Below are positions 1-12,279 of a DNA stretch of 64,000 bases, one piece after another. The notes under the pieces were generated by a model, which saw only the letters and a program-made list of their open reading frames with translations, was not told the origin of the DNA and made no database searches. A program made the translations under genes and the position numbers. The DNA comes from Felis catus (lineage: Eukaryota). Positions within the stretch are counted from its first letter, which is position 1. Each line of letters opens with the position of its first letter. The DNA lies in contig NC_058368.1 in NCBI RefSeq assembly GCF_018350175.1, positions 205,718,001 through 205,782,000 of the forward strand. The letters are read 5' to 3'.

Positions 1-1720
1 CCCTCCTCCCCCAAGCACAGAGCTCAGAGTTATCACAGAGCTTTCCCAAATCCTAAGATAGTCTTGTTTACTGAGAACTTAATGAGCTCTTAAATGAGAT
101 TAGTTATGTCATTGTCTAATATGTGACCTATCATAGAAATGACCTTAGCAGTCTTAATTATTGTGCAATATAAGAGATCCAGAATGCGTGCTAGGTAGAA
201 AAGAGAGAAGAGGCTCTATGGGAAAATATTAATTTTGATTTGAAAATATAGATGTAAGGACAAGGACTCCCTTGAAGTTTAGACTCTAGAGGAATAATAT
301 CAAACTTCAGGAAATCTTGACTGAAAGGAAGACCAAAAAGAAAATCAAGTGAAGGAAGAGCAAAACCCACCTATAAATTAATTTCGAGTTTATAAACCAA
401 ATTCATGATTCAAAACTATAGACAAAGGCTTAATTGACCCCCTTGGTGTATACCTAGCTTCCCATACACGCTTCTCCTGAATATCACAGGATAGTGAGCA
501 TGGGAAAAGCAGAATCATTAGCAAAACACACAGTGAAGGGTATAAGAAAGTGGTGGAAGGTTTGAGGCTATTTAGCACATCAGCAAAGAAAACTCATGCA
601 GTATGGCTACAGTGAGACAAATGATAAATCAATTTGAGTGACTTATGTATTTAATCGTTAGGACCTTTGCATTTTTCTGATGACTCCATGAAAATTCAAG
701 TCTAGAGAGAGGACTTTGGGCACTAATGGGTTAATGCCTCTTCATCCCCATGTGAGTTAATAACAGAATCATATACATACTGTGTTGTTTATCCTAGTGC
801 CTACAGTATGTACTAACGACTCCATAACTATACCTACTATTTTATGTGTGCCTGCCTTCTTCCCTGGTAGTGATTTTCAGGTACTACATGGTAGGGAGTC
901 TGGATCACTGAGTGAAATATGGCTGATTAATTTTTCTTTTAATTATTGTGTTAGATGAGGGTATATTTTCCGACATTGTTTCACAAATATTTTAAATTAT
1001 TTTTAAAGGGTTATTTTCTATCCTCTTGTGGCCTGGCATATGTCTCTAGGGAATTACACAAAAATTTACCACTTGGGTCTAATTTCTGTTGAAATGATGT
1101 ATACTGCCAAAATATCTAAATGAAACAAGAACAAAATTCAAGCCTTACTGATATAGGCAACACATCTGAATAATTGAATGAATCACCCCATTTTCATCTG
1201 GGAGTTTTGTTAGAGGGTAGCTTTAGGCGTAAGTACACAATAGAAAGTGAAATGAAGAGGAACAAGCTAATTAGTGTTGTCAAATAAACAAGAGTGCAGA
1301 GATGCCAAACTTGGTGTCTTGATCCAAATTAGCCAAATTTTCTACGGTAATTGTATTAACTGAATAATTTCCAAATTTCAGTTTTTCTTGCTGTTGTAAA
1401 GAATGGTCAGATAAGTCCACGTGTTATCTCATTGTCATTCCATTTCACCCTTTGCCATGTCTTACACCCAACTTTTGTTTTGTTTCTCTTCTTGGCTTCT
1501 TCTGTTTTCATTCCATGATGGCTTCTGCTTTTCTTCTCTGTCGATTGCTTGCAGTATAGATTATACAGATCATGTATAGTTTAATCTTAAAATGGTTAAG
1601 ACTTATCAGTGATAGATACTTAAAATTATCTTTTGTTAGTCTGAAGCCATTATGTCATATTACTAATCAGCTGACCTGCCAATATTTGCCTCACATGAAA
1701 TCTGGTCACATAATTTCTAA

Positions 1721-1906
1721 TTTTTTTTTTTTTCGAGAGAGTACGCAAGTCAGGAAGAGGGGCAGAGGGAGAGAGAGAGAGAATGAGAGAGAGAGAGAGA
1801 GAGAGAGATTCCAAAGCAGGCTCCATTGATCCCACAATCCTGGGATCAGGACTTGAGAGGAAATCAAGAGTCAGATGCTCAACTGACTGACCCACCCAGA
1901 CACCTC
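1721..1906 (-). mobile_element. SINEC (older copy) with expanded (GA)n
   Basis: Poly-T at 1721, GA tract, reverse-complement SINEC head (...actgactgacccacccagacacc). Confidence 0.85.
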
Positions 1907-3194
1907 TAAATTTTTTGTAATATATTTTAATTGTTCCTATAACTATTAGTTCAACAAATCCTACCATCAAATCACATCATTAAATACATTGCATGTGGAA
2001 ATGTGCTTATTCACATAGTTTTATTATTGTTTCCAACAGCTATTTTGTATAGTTTATTTAAAAGTAATTTTTAACAAGGTGAAGGCCTCCCGATCCCGTT
2101 TAGAGCCATTGTCATGAACTGCATTCAACTCAAATGCTGGATTTTCCAAGTCCTGTGTCTTTTAGGTATAAGGCAAGAGCCATAACTCAGTTTTTCAGTG
2201 CCTGTGAAAGAAAATATGAGTGGCATGAATAATCATAGATCTATTCTCTTTCAATCTCACTAATCAAAGTTAACAATGAGGTTTAATGAGTAATATCTTC
2301 GTGGAAAATTATAACAACAATTGTCATGTTGAAAAATTCAGGTTTTATAATTACACAAAGTACGTGATAATGCTGGGTTATAATTTTCTTACTAGAAAAT
2401 ATTTTAAATAAAAAATAATTTCCCTGTTATTAGCCAGTGCATACTGGGACATTCTTCTGTGGCTTAACAGCCTGCAGGTGGCCACACTACTTAACCATAA
2501 CTTTAAGTATTGCATTTGGGATTTCTATGCAAAATCAAGATTAGTCTTGTGACTTTTTGGAGTCAAACCAGCATGATTCACTTTGAGAAGTGTGCCACTT
2601 TTCAGTTTCCTGACCACATGAGTTTTCTGCCAATCTCATTAAAATTTAGAGGCTGTATGTTTACTGATTTTTCTGTTTCTGGAAGGTAGCTCCATAACTT
2701 CCTTATCCCACAGTGATGTGGGAAGATTGTGGGCAGGTCTCCTCTTGAATTGTGTTTTCTTAGCTCTTATTCTCTTCCAGGTGCCTTACAAATTAGAATC
2801 TCTCAGCCAGGGAAGTCTAGGCATTTGCAGTCTCCTTTTGGACCTTTTTTGTCAGTTGCTATGTGATTTATTATGGACTTGGCATTCATCTCTTCCCGGT
2901 CCACAGTTGTCTTTGCTGGGGCCAGGAAGGCTTCTGAGTGACTTTATATTAATGATACTTGTTCCTTATTTGATGTGGTATAAATTTCGTAACCATCTTC
3001 TGCAGTGTGTGTAAAGGCAAGTTTGTTTACAAGCTCCTTATACAAGCTTTTAAAGATACTTTGATTCCAAATATAGCCATTTAGCACTCTGTACAAATAT
3101 TTACATCATTATTAGATAGAATGCATTCCTATATTTTAGCAATGTTATTTCTCTATAACAGTGAAAGTGCCCCTATATGTATCTTCAGAGCATC

Positions 3195-3422
3195 TTTTTT
3201 TAAAAATTTCTTTTTTATGTTTTGTTTACTTTTGAGAGCGAGAGAGACAGAGCATGAGTGGGGGAGGGGCCGAGAGAGAGAGGGAGACACAGAATCTGAA
3301 ACAGGCTCTAGGCTCTGAGCTGTCAGTATACAACCTGACGTGGGGCTCGAACTCACATACCACAAGATCATGATCTGAGCCAAAGTCAGACACTTAACCA
3401 ACTAAGCCACTAAGGCGCCCCC
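3195..3422 (-). mobile_element. Felid SINEC
   Basis: Reverse complement of the GGGGCGCC...GGCTTAGTTGGTTAAG head, CT-rich body, A-rich tail. Confidence 0.9.
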
Positions 3423-3453
3423 TCAAATGTATTCTTAATATGCTTTCAAATAA

Positions 3454-3652
3454 GGGGCACCTGGGTGGCTCAGTCAGTTAAGCGTCTGACTTCAGCTCAG
3501 GTCATGATCTCATGGTTTGTGGGTTCAAGCCCCGTGTCAGGCTCTGTGCTGACAGCTCAGAGCCTGGAGCCTGCTTTGGATTCTGTGTCTCCTCCTCTCT
3601 CTGCCCCTACCCTGCTCATGCTCTGTCTCTCAATAATAAATAAACATTAAAA
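3454..3652 (+). mobile_element. Felid SINEC
   Basis: GGGGCACCTGGGTGGCTCAGTC head. TSD AATRTGCTTTCAAATA at 3437-3452 and 3653-3668. Confidence 0.92.
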
Positions 3653-3849
3653 AATGTGCTTTCAAATATTATTTTCAAGCTATATGCAGTAATTAAGTAA
3701 AATTATATTAATGCCTATATGAGAAAGTAAACAAATATTACATCTTATATACATATGATACATAATAAAATAATTTAGTAGTCATGTGGGTGACTTGGTG
3801 TGTAGTGAACAAAATGAGGCCTAAGTCTTGTTTTTTTTTTATTATTATT

Positions 3850-4458
3850 AAAAATTCAACACCCTAAAGCCAAATAATCCAATTAAAAATGGGCAGAAAA
3901 CATGAATAGATGTTTTCCCAAAGAAGACATACAGATGGTCAATAGACACATTAAAAGATGCTCAACATCATTCATTATCAGGGAAATACAATGAGATGTC
4001 ACCTCATATCAGTCAGAATGGCTCAAATTAACAACACAAGAAACAACAGGTGTTGGCAAGGATGCCCAGAAAGGAGAACACTCTTGCACTGTTGGTAGGA
4101 ATGCAAACTGGTGCAGCCACTCTGGAAAACAGTATGTACGTTCCTCAAAAAGTTAGAAATAGAAGTGCCTTACTATCCAGCAATTGCACCACTAGGTACT
4201 TATCCAAAGAATATGAAAATACTAATTCAAAGGGATACATGCACCCCAATGTTTACAGCAACATTGTCTACAATAGCCAAGTTATGGAAATGGTCCAAGA
4301 AGATATGATATATATATCACGTCTTGAATGAAATCCATAAAAAAGAATGAAATCTTGCCATTTGCAACAGTGTGGATGGAGCTAGAGAGTATAATGCTAA
4401 GTGAAATAAGTCAATCAGAGAAAGATAAATACCATATGATTTCACTCATATATGATGT
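3850..4458 (+). mobile_element. LINE-1 ORF2 C-terminal fragment
   Basis: Translates to L1 ORF2 motifs (QPLWKTV...[13 protein letters not shown]...[16 protein letters not shown]). Confidence 0.88.
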
Positions 4459-4873
4459 CTGACATACTGTTCCCCAGCTGATCTGCAGTTCTAGGACTAG
4501 GGCTACACTGAGAGCTCCTTATCTGGCTTTTCTTCTCAGAATCTTCCCCAAGGTGTTCGTGGTGTCCCACAGCATTACCTGTGCCCACCACACAGCCCAA
4601 GATATAGATGGTTGAGTTTGGGGTTTGCAAGTTGAGTGAGTTACCCTGCAGCAGGGATTATCTTTGCTTCTATATACCCAAGGAGCTATTCGATGGTGGC
4701 AAGAGGATACAAAAGGTTTCATGGGGCATACTTGTGCAAGAACACTCATGAAATATGAGCTTACACATGCAGACATATAATTTGCTTTGTTGCATCAATC
4801 TGTTCAAGCCATAAAGTATAAATGAAAATGTTATGGATGGGGAGTGCCTATCAAAGTTGCTAATGATCTCTAT

Positions 4874-5488
4874 TGTTGACAAAGATCTACTAGACTAGGA
4901 TTCTTAGAACTCCAGATAAATTACATTGGGCCATGTCCTTCTACTTAATGAGTGAGAAAGAGAAAATTAGTCCCTGGCATCTAGCTGTTCTCCAGGTCCT
5001 ATCAGCTTGGCTTTGGTATTCACCTGTTGGACATAAACACATTCACAGAACATCAGCATTAGACAAGGCCACTCTGTGACCTTGATGAAAAAAAGACATG
5101 ATCCCTCTGTAATCATCTCTGAAAACAGACAATACCAAAACATTGGTATTGTCCGTGCCACAGAAATAATCTGATATACTGTGCTCTCATGAGTGACTCT
5201 TGATTCTTTACTTACTATATGGCTCTAGCCTTAGTCTAGTCTATCCTCCTTCTAGATAAGACTTCTAAAGATCCTCATTGAATTACCCCATACACCACTT
5301 CCTGGCAGCATCCAAATCAAAACAAACACACTTCCTTAAATCATCCCCCTGAAATAAAGAGTAAATTTTACAGTTCAGACACCCCCTTAGGGAGGTGTCC
5401 TAAAGTTCTCATGATATGTGTTTTCCCTCATAGCAAAAAATAATAAACCCAATTTGTATATTTTCAGGTGTGTTCCTGGTAGTCAACA
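4874..5488 (+). mobile_element. Probable solo ERV1-class LTR
   Basis: Terminal inverted TGTTGAC...GTCAACA. AATAAACCCAA followed by CAGGTGTGTTCCTGGT near the 3' end, as in MER67/MER31-type LTRs (recalled, not searched). Confidence 0.4.
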
Positions 5489-5596
5489 GCTAAAAGATAA
5501 ACTATTACTCAATGATTATGGTAGGAACTTTATAGTTGAACAAACAGCTATGGTCCTTCTGATGGCCAACAGTTGCTGGTCCTTAGGTGTTTTGTT

Positions 5597-6103
5597 TTTT
5601 TTTTTTTGTTATGATAAAATACATATAACATAAGATGTACCATCTGAACTATTTTTTACCTGTACAGTTCAATGGCATTCAGTACGTTTACATTGTTGTG
5701 TAGCTATCACATCTCCAGAACTTCTATCATCCATCTCCAGAACTTCTTCATGATCCTAAACTGAATATGCCCATTAAACCATAATTCTCATTTTCCACTT
5801 CCCCAGCCTCTGATACCTAAATGTTGTACTTTCCGTCTCTATGTATTTTACTATGTTAGGTAGCTGATATAAGTGGAATCACATAGTATTTGTCCTTTAG
5901 TGTCTGGCTTATTTCATTTAGCATAATGTCTTCAAAGCTCATCCATGTTGTAGCAGGTATTGGAATTTCCTTCCTTTTCAAGGCTGAATAATATTCCATT
6001 ATACAATTATACCACAGTTTGTTTATGCACTCATCTGTCAATGGACATTTGGGTTGTTCCCACCTTTTGGCAATTGAGATTAATACTGCCATGAGCACTG
6101 GTA
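5597..6103 (-). mobile_element. Old L1 (L1MB-class) 3' end
   Basis: Poly-T, L1 3' UTR motifs, and ORF2 end (KRWEQPKCPLTDECINKLWY) on the - strand. Confidence 0.85.
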
Positions 6104-7659
6104 TAATTACGGGGTAATTATTTTATTTTTAGCAAAGATGAGTAAAAAAAGTTTCAGGATTTTTTAAAATTCTGCACATGAACCTAAAAGCAGTCTCTTC
6201 CTTCCTTCCCAGGCCATCCTTCACCTCTAGCAACTCCCATTCTCTGGCAACTCAAACATTTTGCAAGTAACAACCCCTCAAAATCAACATCATGTTTTTT
6301 CTAAGTGTCATCACTGACTTTACCAAGGTAGCACTAGGGCTGGGACAAATTAGAGGAAACAGTAGAGATGCAAAACGATTTGAACCAACTTTTCTTTCAA
6401 CATTTACTCTCAAAAATAAGTTATGTCTTTTAGTACTTAGTAAAGTGCTAAAAGACAGGCAGACTAAAGGAGGCTTATTGACATTGAGATGTCATTTATT
6501 TATTCAGCCATTAAGTTATCATTTGCCACTTTCTGCTAGAAACAAATTCAAGGGACTTGCTGCTCTATCTTCTCTAAGACCACATAAGAGACATTCAAGA
6601 AATATTTACGAAATGAGTAAGTGAGAGATTATTATGAGCCCTTATTATGCCTGAGGCACTGTGAAAGCCATTATAGGGTATCAAATAACACCATCCCTGT
6701 CCATATAATGCTTTAAGGCTAAATGCAGAATTAGAAATACACTACAAGATAGCTATAAACAAACTGCAGTGGGTGTGCAGAAAGAGAAGATTACTTCTAC
6801 TATGGATAGTAAGGGGAGTTGCAAAGATGAGTTAGAATTTTGACAGGTAAAAGCACGGAAGTGCATTCCGTGGTGGTTGCAAGAAGCAGAACTATAAAGT
6901 TTACGGAGTTTCTATTCTGCTCAGTAAATTTTAAGTTCTCCACTTAAGCCTCGGAGTGCCTTCCATTTTCCCACCCACAGGAGGAAATAATTTCTCTTCA
7001 CACATTAGTTAAGGAAACCAAGAAACACACAATAAGTGGGAAAACATGGATTTGAACCCAGGCCTTCCGATTCAAGAGCACGTGATTCCAACCACTAGAT
7101 TATATTCAGTGGGTGCTAACAGCTTCTTCTGGGCTGGCACATAAGGTGAAGACATAGGGGAAGAAGGGAGAGCGAGAACCGAAAACTGCAGGGTCAAAAT
7201 GGTGGAGGGAAATGGGGATTGTAACTTTTTTTCTACTTTGGACTTACGTGCAGAAAGCATTTTTATACTCGAAATACAGTAAAGCTTTTTGAATGGACTA
7301 TTGTAAAGAATAGTGAGAAAAAATCCACATTGATTTTAATAGTTAATTTTACAAAGGTTCTTTATTGCCCATTTTATATGCCCTTTTCTTTAAGTTTGAC
7401 TCTACAAATGTATATTTCCAAACACTGTGTTTTTTAATGATCTGGCTAAGATCATTAAGCAGACATCCTCTTTTAAAATATTTATTGTTCAGCTGAAATG
7501 TGTTCTAATGTTTTCTGACCTATAAGAATCTTTGTTTTTCAGAACATAATTCAGGAACAATTTAATTATAAAAATAAAACACATATTCTCTCCAACAACT
7601 GAGAAATATTGTGAACTACTGAAAGAAAATGCATAGCAAAGAGGCATGTATATTTTTTC

Positions 7660-8656
7660 CTCTAATATATTTTACTTTTTAAATCAAAGTATAATTAACA
7701 TATAATGCTATATTCGTTTCAGGTATACAACATTGTGATTCAATAATTCTGTATATTACTGAGGACTCACCATGATAAGTGTAGTCATCATCTGTCACCA
7801 AACAACATATTAAAATATTATTTATTATATTCCCTATGCGGTACTTTTAATCTCCATAACTTATTTGTAACTGAAAGTTTGTATCTCTTAATTTCCTTCA
7901 GCTATTTTGCCCATCCTCTTACCCACCTCCCTTCTGGAAACCATCAGTTTGTTCTCTGTATTTAAGAGTCTGCTTTTTGTTTGTTTGTTCATTTGTTTTG
8001 TTTTTTAGATTCCACATATAAGTTATATCACTTTGTATTTTTGCTTTGTCTGACTTATTTCACTTAGAATAATACCCTCTAGTTCCATTCATGTTATTGC
8101 AAAATCCCATTCTTTACCATGGCTGAGTAATATTCCATTACATTATATATGGTATAATATATATGTGGTATAATATCCCATTATACCTATCTCTATCCAT
8201 TCATCTATCAGTAGACCTTCGGGCTGCTTCCTTATATTGGCTATTGAAAAAAAATGCTGCAGTAAACATAGAGGTGCATGAATCTTGTTGAATTAGTGTT
8301 TTCATTTTCTTTGGATAAATATCCTGTAGTGGAATTACTGGATCATATGGTATTTCTATTTTTAATTTTTTAAGGAAACTCCATACTGGTTTTCACAGTG
8401 GTTGTACTGGTTTACGTTTCCACCAACAGCTGCATGAAGGTTCCTTTTTCTTCACCTCCTTGCCAACACTTGTTATTTCTTGTCTTTTTTATTTTAGCCA
8501 TTTTGACAGGTGTAAGGTGATATCTCATTGTGGTTTTGATTTGCATTTTCCTGATGATTAGTGATGTTGAGCATCTTTTCATGTGTACATGTTGGCCCTC
8601 TCTGTCTTCTTTGGAAAAACGTCTATTCAGGTCTTCTGCCCAGGTTTTGATTTTTG

Positions 8657-8699
<43 letters not shown>

Positions 8700-9390
8700 G
8701 AATTGTATAAATTCTCTATGTATTTTGGATATTAAACCCTTACCAGACATATCACTTGCAAATATCTTCTCCCATTTAGTAGGTTACCTTTCTGTTTTGT
8801 TGATGGTTTCCTTCACTGTGCAAAAGTTTTTTTATTTTGTTGTGGTTCCAATCAGTTTATTTTTGATTTTGTTTCCCTTGCCTGAGGAGACATATTTAGA
8901 ACAATATTGCTAAGTCCAATGTCAAATTATTGTCTATGTTTTCTTCTAGGATTTTTATGGTTTAAGGTCTTATATTTAGGTTTTTAATCCATTAAAATTT
9001 TTTTAACATTTATTTATATTTTGAGAGACAGGAAGAGACAGAGTGTGAGCGGAGGAGGGGCAGAGAGAAGGGAGTCACAGACTGAAGCAGGCTCCAGGCT
9101 CTGAGCTGTCAGCACAGAGCCAGACACAAGGCTCAAACTTATGAACCGTGAGATCATGACCTGAGCTGAAGTTGGATGCTTAACCGACTGAGCCACCCAG
9201 GCTCCCCTTTAATGCATTTTGAGTTTATTTTTGTGTATGGTGTAAAAATGTGATACAGTTTCATTCTTTTGCATGTAGCTGCCCAGTTTCCCCAGCACTA
9301 TTTGTTGAAGAGACTGTCTTTTCCCCAGTGTATATTCTTGCCTCCTTTGTTATAGATGGACTGACCATATAAGCATGGGTTTATTCCTAG
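7660..9390 (-). mobile_element. 5'-truncated carnivore L1 with internal (TG)n and a SINE
   Basis: ORF2 motifs ([35 protein letters not shown]). (TG)n at about 8660-8697. Confidence 0.9.
8994..9207 (-). mobile_element. Felid SINEC inside L1
   Basis: SINEC body. TSD TTTAATSCATT at 8983-8993 and 9208-9218. Confidence 0.9.
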
Positions 9391-9853
9391 GAAGAAAGAA
9401 CCATGTATTCTTAATAGTGGAAGAGGATATGAAGAAAATGTTCCAAATAAGTAGCAATGTTTACAAACTGGGCATGTGTGATTTTGATGGACAACTAGAG
9501 TACATGAATAAGTTTTAATGGTAGCATGAAACCACTGCAATAAGTTATTTTGTTCTTTCCACTTATGCTTAGAACAATTTTTTAAGGTTAGCTATTATTG
9601 ATACCACGATTAAAAATCATTACTATATTCTCATCTCTGTTGTGGCGATGAAAATTTTATTCTATACCTTGAGTTTTCTTAGGGTAAAAGGATAGAGTTA
9701 AAAAAAAAAGACAAAGGAAATATTTTCATTCTTTCTCTTGCTAGCTATTTCCAGCAGCCATATGCATGAGAAAGTATCAGTTGTAGAATACTAGAGTCAC
9801 AGCGGTCATTAGAAATCAGTAACAACTTCTAGTTTAGTCCAGTTCGCCAGTGG

Positions 9854-10216
9854 TAGTGATGGTTAATTTTATGTGTCACCTTGGCTAGGCTATGATGCCC
9901 AATAGTTTAGTCAAATACTAACCTAGATGTTGCTGTGAAGGTCTTTGTGGATATGATTAGCATATACTTATTTGACTTTGGGTAAAGCAGATTATTTTCT
10001 ATAATGTTGTTGGGCCTCACCCAATCAGTTAAACGTCTTAAGAACTGAGACAGGTTTCCTAAAGAATTCCTCTTCAAGTTGCAGCATAGAAGTCCTACTT
10101 GAGTTCCCAGCCTACTGGCCTGCCTTTTGGGTTTTCCAGCTCTTATGATCACATGAGCCAGCTCCTTAAAATAAATCCTTCTCTCTCCTTCCTTCCCTCC
10201 CACCTTTCCTCTCCCT

Positions 10217-10275
<59 letters not shown>

Positions 10276-10312
10276 TGTATGTGTGTGTATGCAGAGAACC
10301 ATGACTTATACA
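9854..10312 (+). mobile_element. MLT2-type (ERVL) solo LTR with (TC)n(TG)n microsatellite
   Basis: GTGATGGTTAATTTTATGTGTCA...GGCTAGGCTATG start and GAGAACCATGACTTATACA end. Microsatellite at about 10220-10290. Confidence 0.85.
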
Positions 10313-10869
10313 GTGAAATCACATCATTTTCTTAATGTAATTTAGTAAGTGGTAGCAGTACTGGTAATAGAAAGATGAGGAAACTGGGTCATAAAGTTGC
10401 CTAAAAGATTGTTTATAAGGCTGGGAAAGAAATTCAGAACTATCAACTTTCAACCCTGTCCTTTCTGGTGGATTGCATGCTGAGAAATGTGAAGTTTTAT
10501 GCAAAATCAATATATTAAAAATTCTGGAATTTAAAGCAGATAAAATAGGAGAGGGATTGTTTGCTTTACCAAAAGATACAGTGTACAATTCCTTATAGAG
10601 ACAACTTTCCTCAACATTTAAAGTGGTTTCATTAAAAAAATAATAAAAAATGTTTGTAAATTTTTAGAGACACATAAGTTCAACATACTTGAGCAGGGCA
10701 TATTTTTAAAGTGTATCCTATTAAAAAATATTCCCAAGATTCAATAATTATTTCATTCTCTTGAAGATGAATACTCTGTAATTATAGAAAAGGCAATAAA
10801 ATAGACATATGTTATTGTCTGAATAAACATAAATCTCACATTTCATATGCTGCTTTGCTGATAACAAAG

Positions 10870-11030
10870 CTTTTCATATATGCCCCTAGAAGATTTACTA
10901 CAAATCTCTGAGTTATTATCACTATTTTATAATGGAGATAACTAGGGCTGACAGAGACTAGAAGACTTGCCCAACATACTCAGAGACAGAGCAACTGATT
11001 CCCAGATCTGAGCTCCCCTCATGGCCCTGC
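10870..11030 (-). mobile_element. MIR
   Basis: Degenerate MIR core (attatcactattttataatggagataact...gacttgcccaa). Confidence 0.55.
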
Positions 11031-12279
11031 CATGATGCCCACAGAGCACCAACATTAGTCAGAAGGGTGGTATTTGTAGAATCTAATAGTGAGCTAAATT
11101 CTTCACTCTAATCAAAAGGATATGTGGGCTCCTACTAGGCTAGCAAGAATATTAAGATTTGCCTTAGGAAAAAAAATCCCAGGACGTTTCTACCTTATTC
11201 TTAAAGATAACCCTGCCATATCTTCTTGAAGCTATGAACTGATTCTAGGCAGGAATGGAAAATTTGATCACAAGGATGGGGACTGATCTCTTCTCTCCAA
11301 CCTTCTCCCAGTGCTCCCCATTTGGAGTCAATATTCTTTGGGTTATGCATCTTCATACGATAAACAAGCTTTAGTTGTGGTTTTTAGTGCTGTAGGGTTT
11401 ACTGAAATGAAATGATCATTCCCAGGTTTGACAGCTCTCTCTCTCACCTTGTTTTCATTTCCCCAACCGAACAGCATTTACTTTAGGAACAGGATTTACC
11501 CACCACAGGATCACAGAACAGAGGTACCATGTTGCATCTACATTCTCTGGGTTGCAAAGACCTAGCCAATTTTCAGTGCATCACTTATACATTCCTCAGG
11601 CCACCCTTAGACTCATCATGTTTGTAAAACTTTCCCTTCTCTTTCTCATCTGAGAGCAGGTGGACCAAGACAGTTCTTTGGAGGCTCAATGAGTGATTTC
11701 TCCTGAGAGAGACACATCTCTCTAGTCTGCCAAGGAATGAAAAATCAGACAATCGCATAAATCATTTTGAACGTTGCCAAATAAATTCCACCAAATGGTA
11801 CTGGCAATAATCACAGTATGTCACCAGGAAATGTGATTTTCTTCTATCATTGGGCTTTAGCCTTGTCCTGAGTGCGTGAAAACGAGACAGAGGACATAGC
11901 TTTCCCATGGCGATAACAGGTTTCTCATGATCCCAGAAACGAAGGGGTTGAAATGCTTCTTTACCTTGAAACGTCTGGAACAGGGTATCAGGAATTAAAT
12001 AGGAACCACCTGGAATTTACTGCTCTTTGCTTACAGCACAATTGCCAACCATTCCCCAAATTAGGCAAATGGTGATTAAAGACCACCATTTTGTTATACG
12101 CAGGGCTGTGGGCTCCGGCTGAGGAGAGGCACAACCTGTTGTAGCTTATAAAAAAGGAAAGCTCTTTGGTAAGAATGGAAAGTCCTGAGAGCCAGTAGGC
12201 GAGGCTGCTCCCCAGGAGGCGATAGCATCCCAAGTCCACTAGGATTTTAGCTTCAACCACCGGACTGTCTTTCGTCCAG

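Noticed and set aside
3831..4458. Twin-priming inversion (poly-T followed by + strand L1)
   Set aside because: No matching TSD found on either side.
5710..5748. Small tandem duplications (also about 50226-50253 and 58023-58046) and G13 run at 16707-16719
   Set aside because: Ordinary slippage events with no sign of function.
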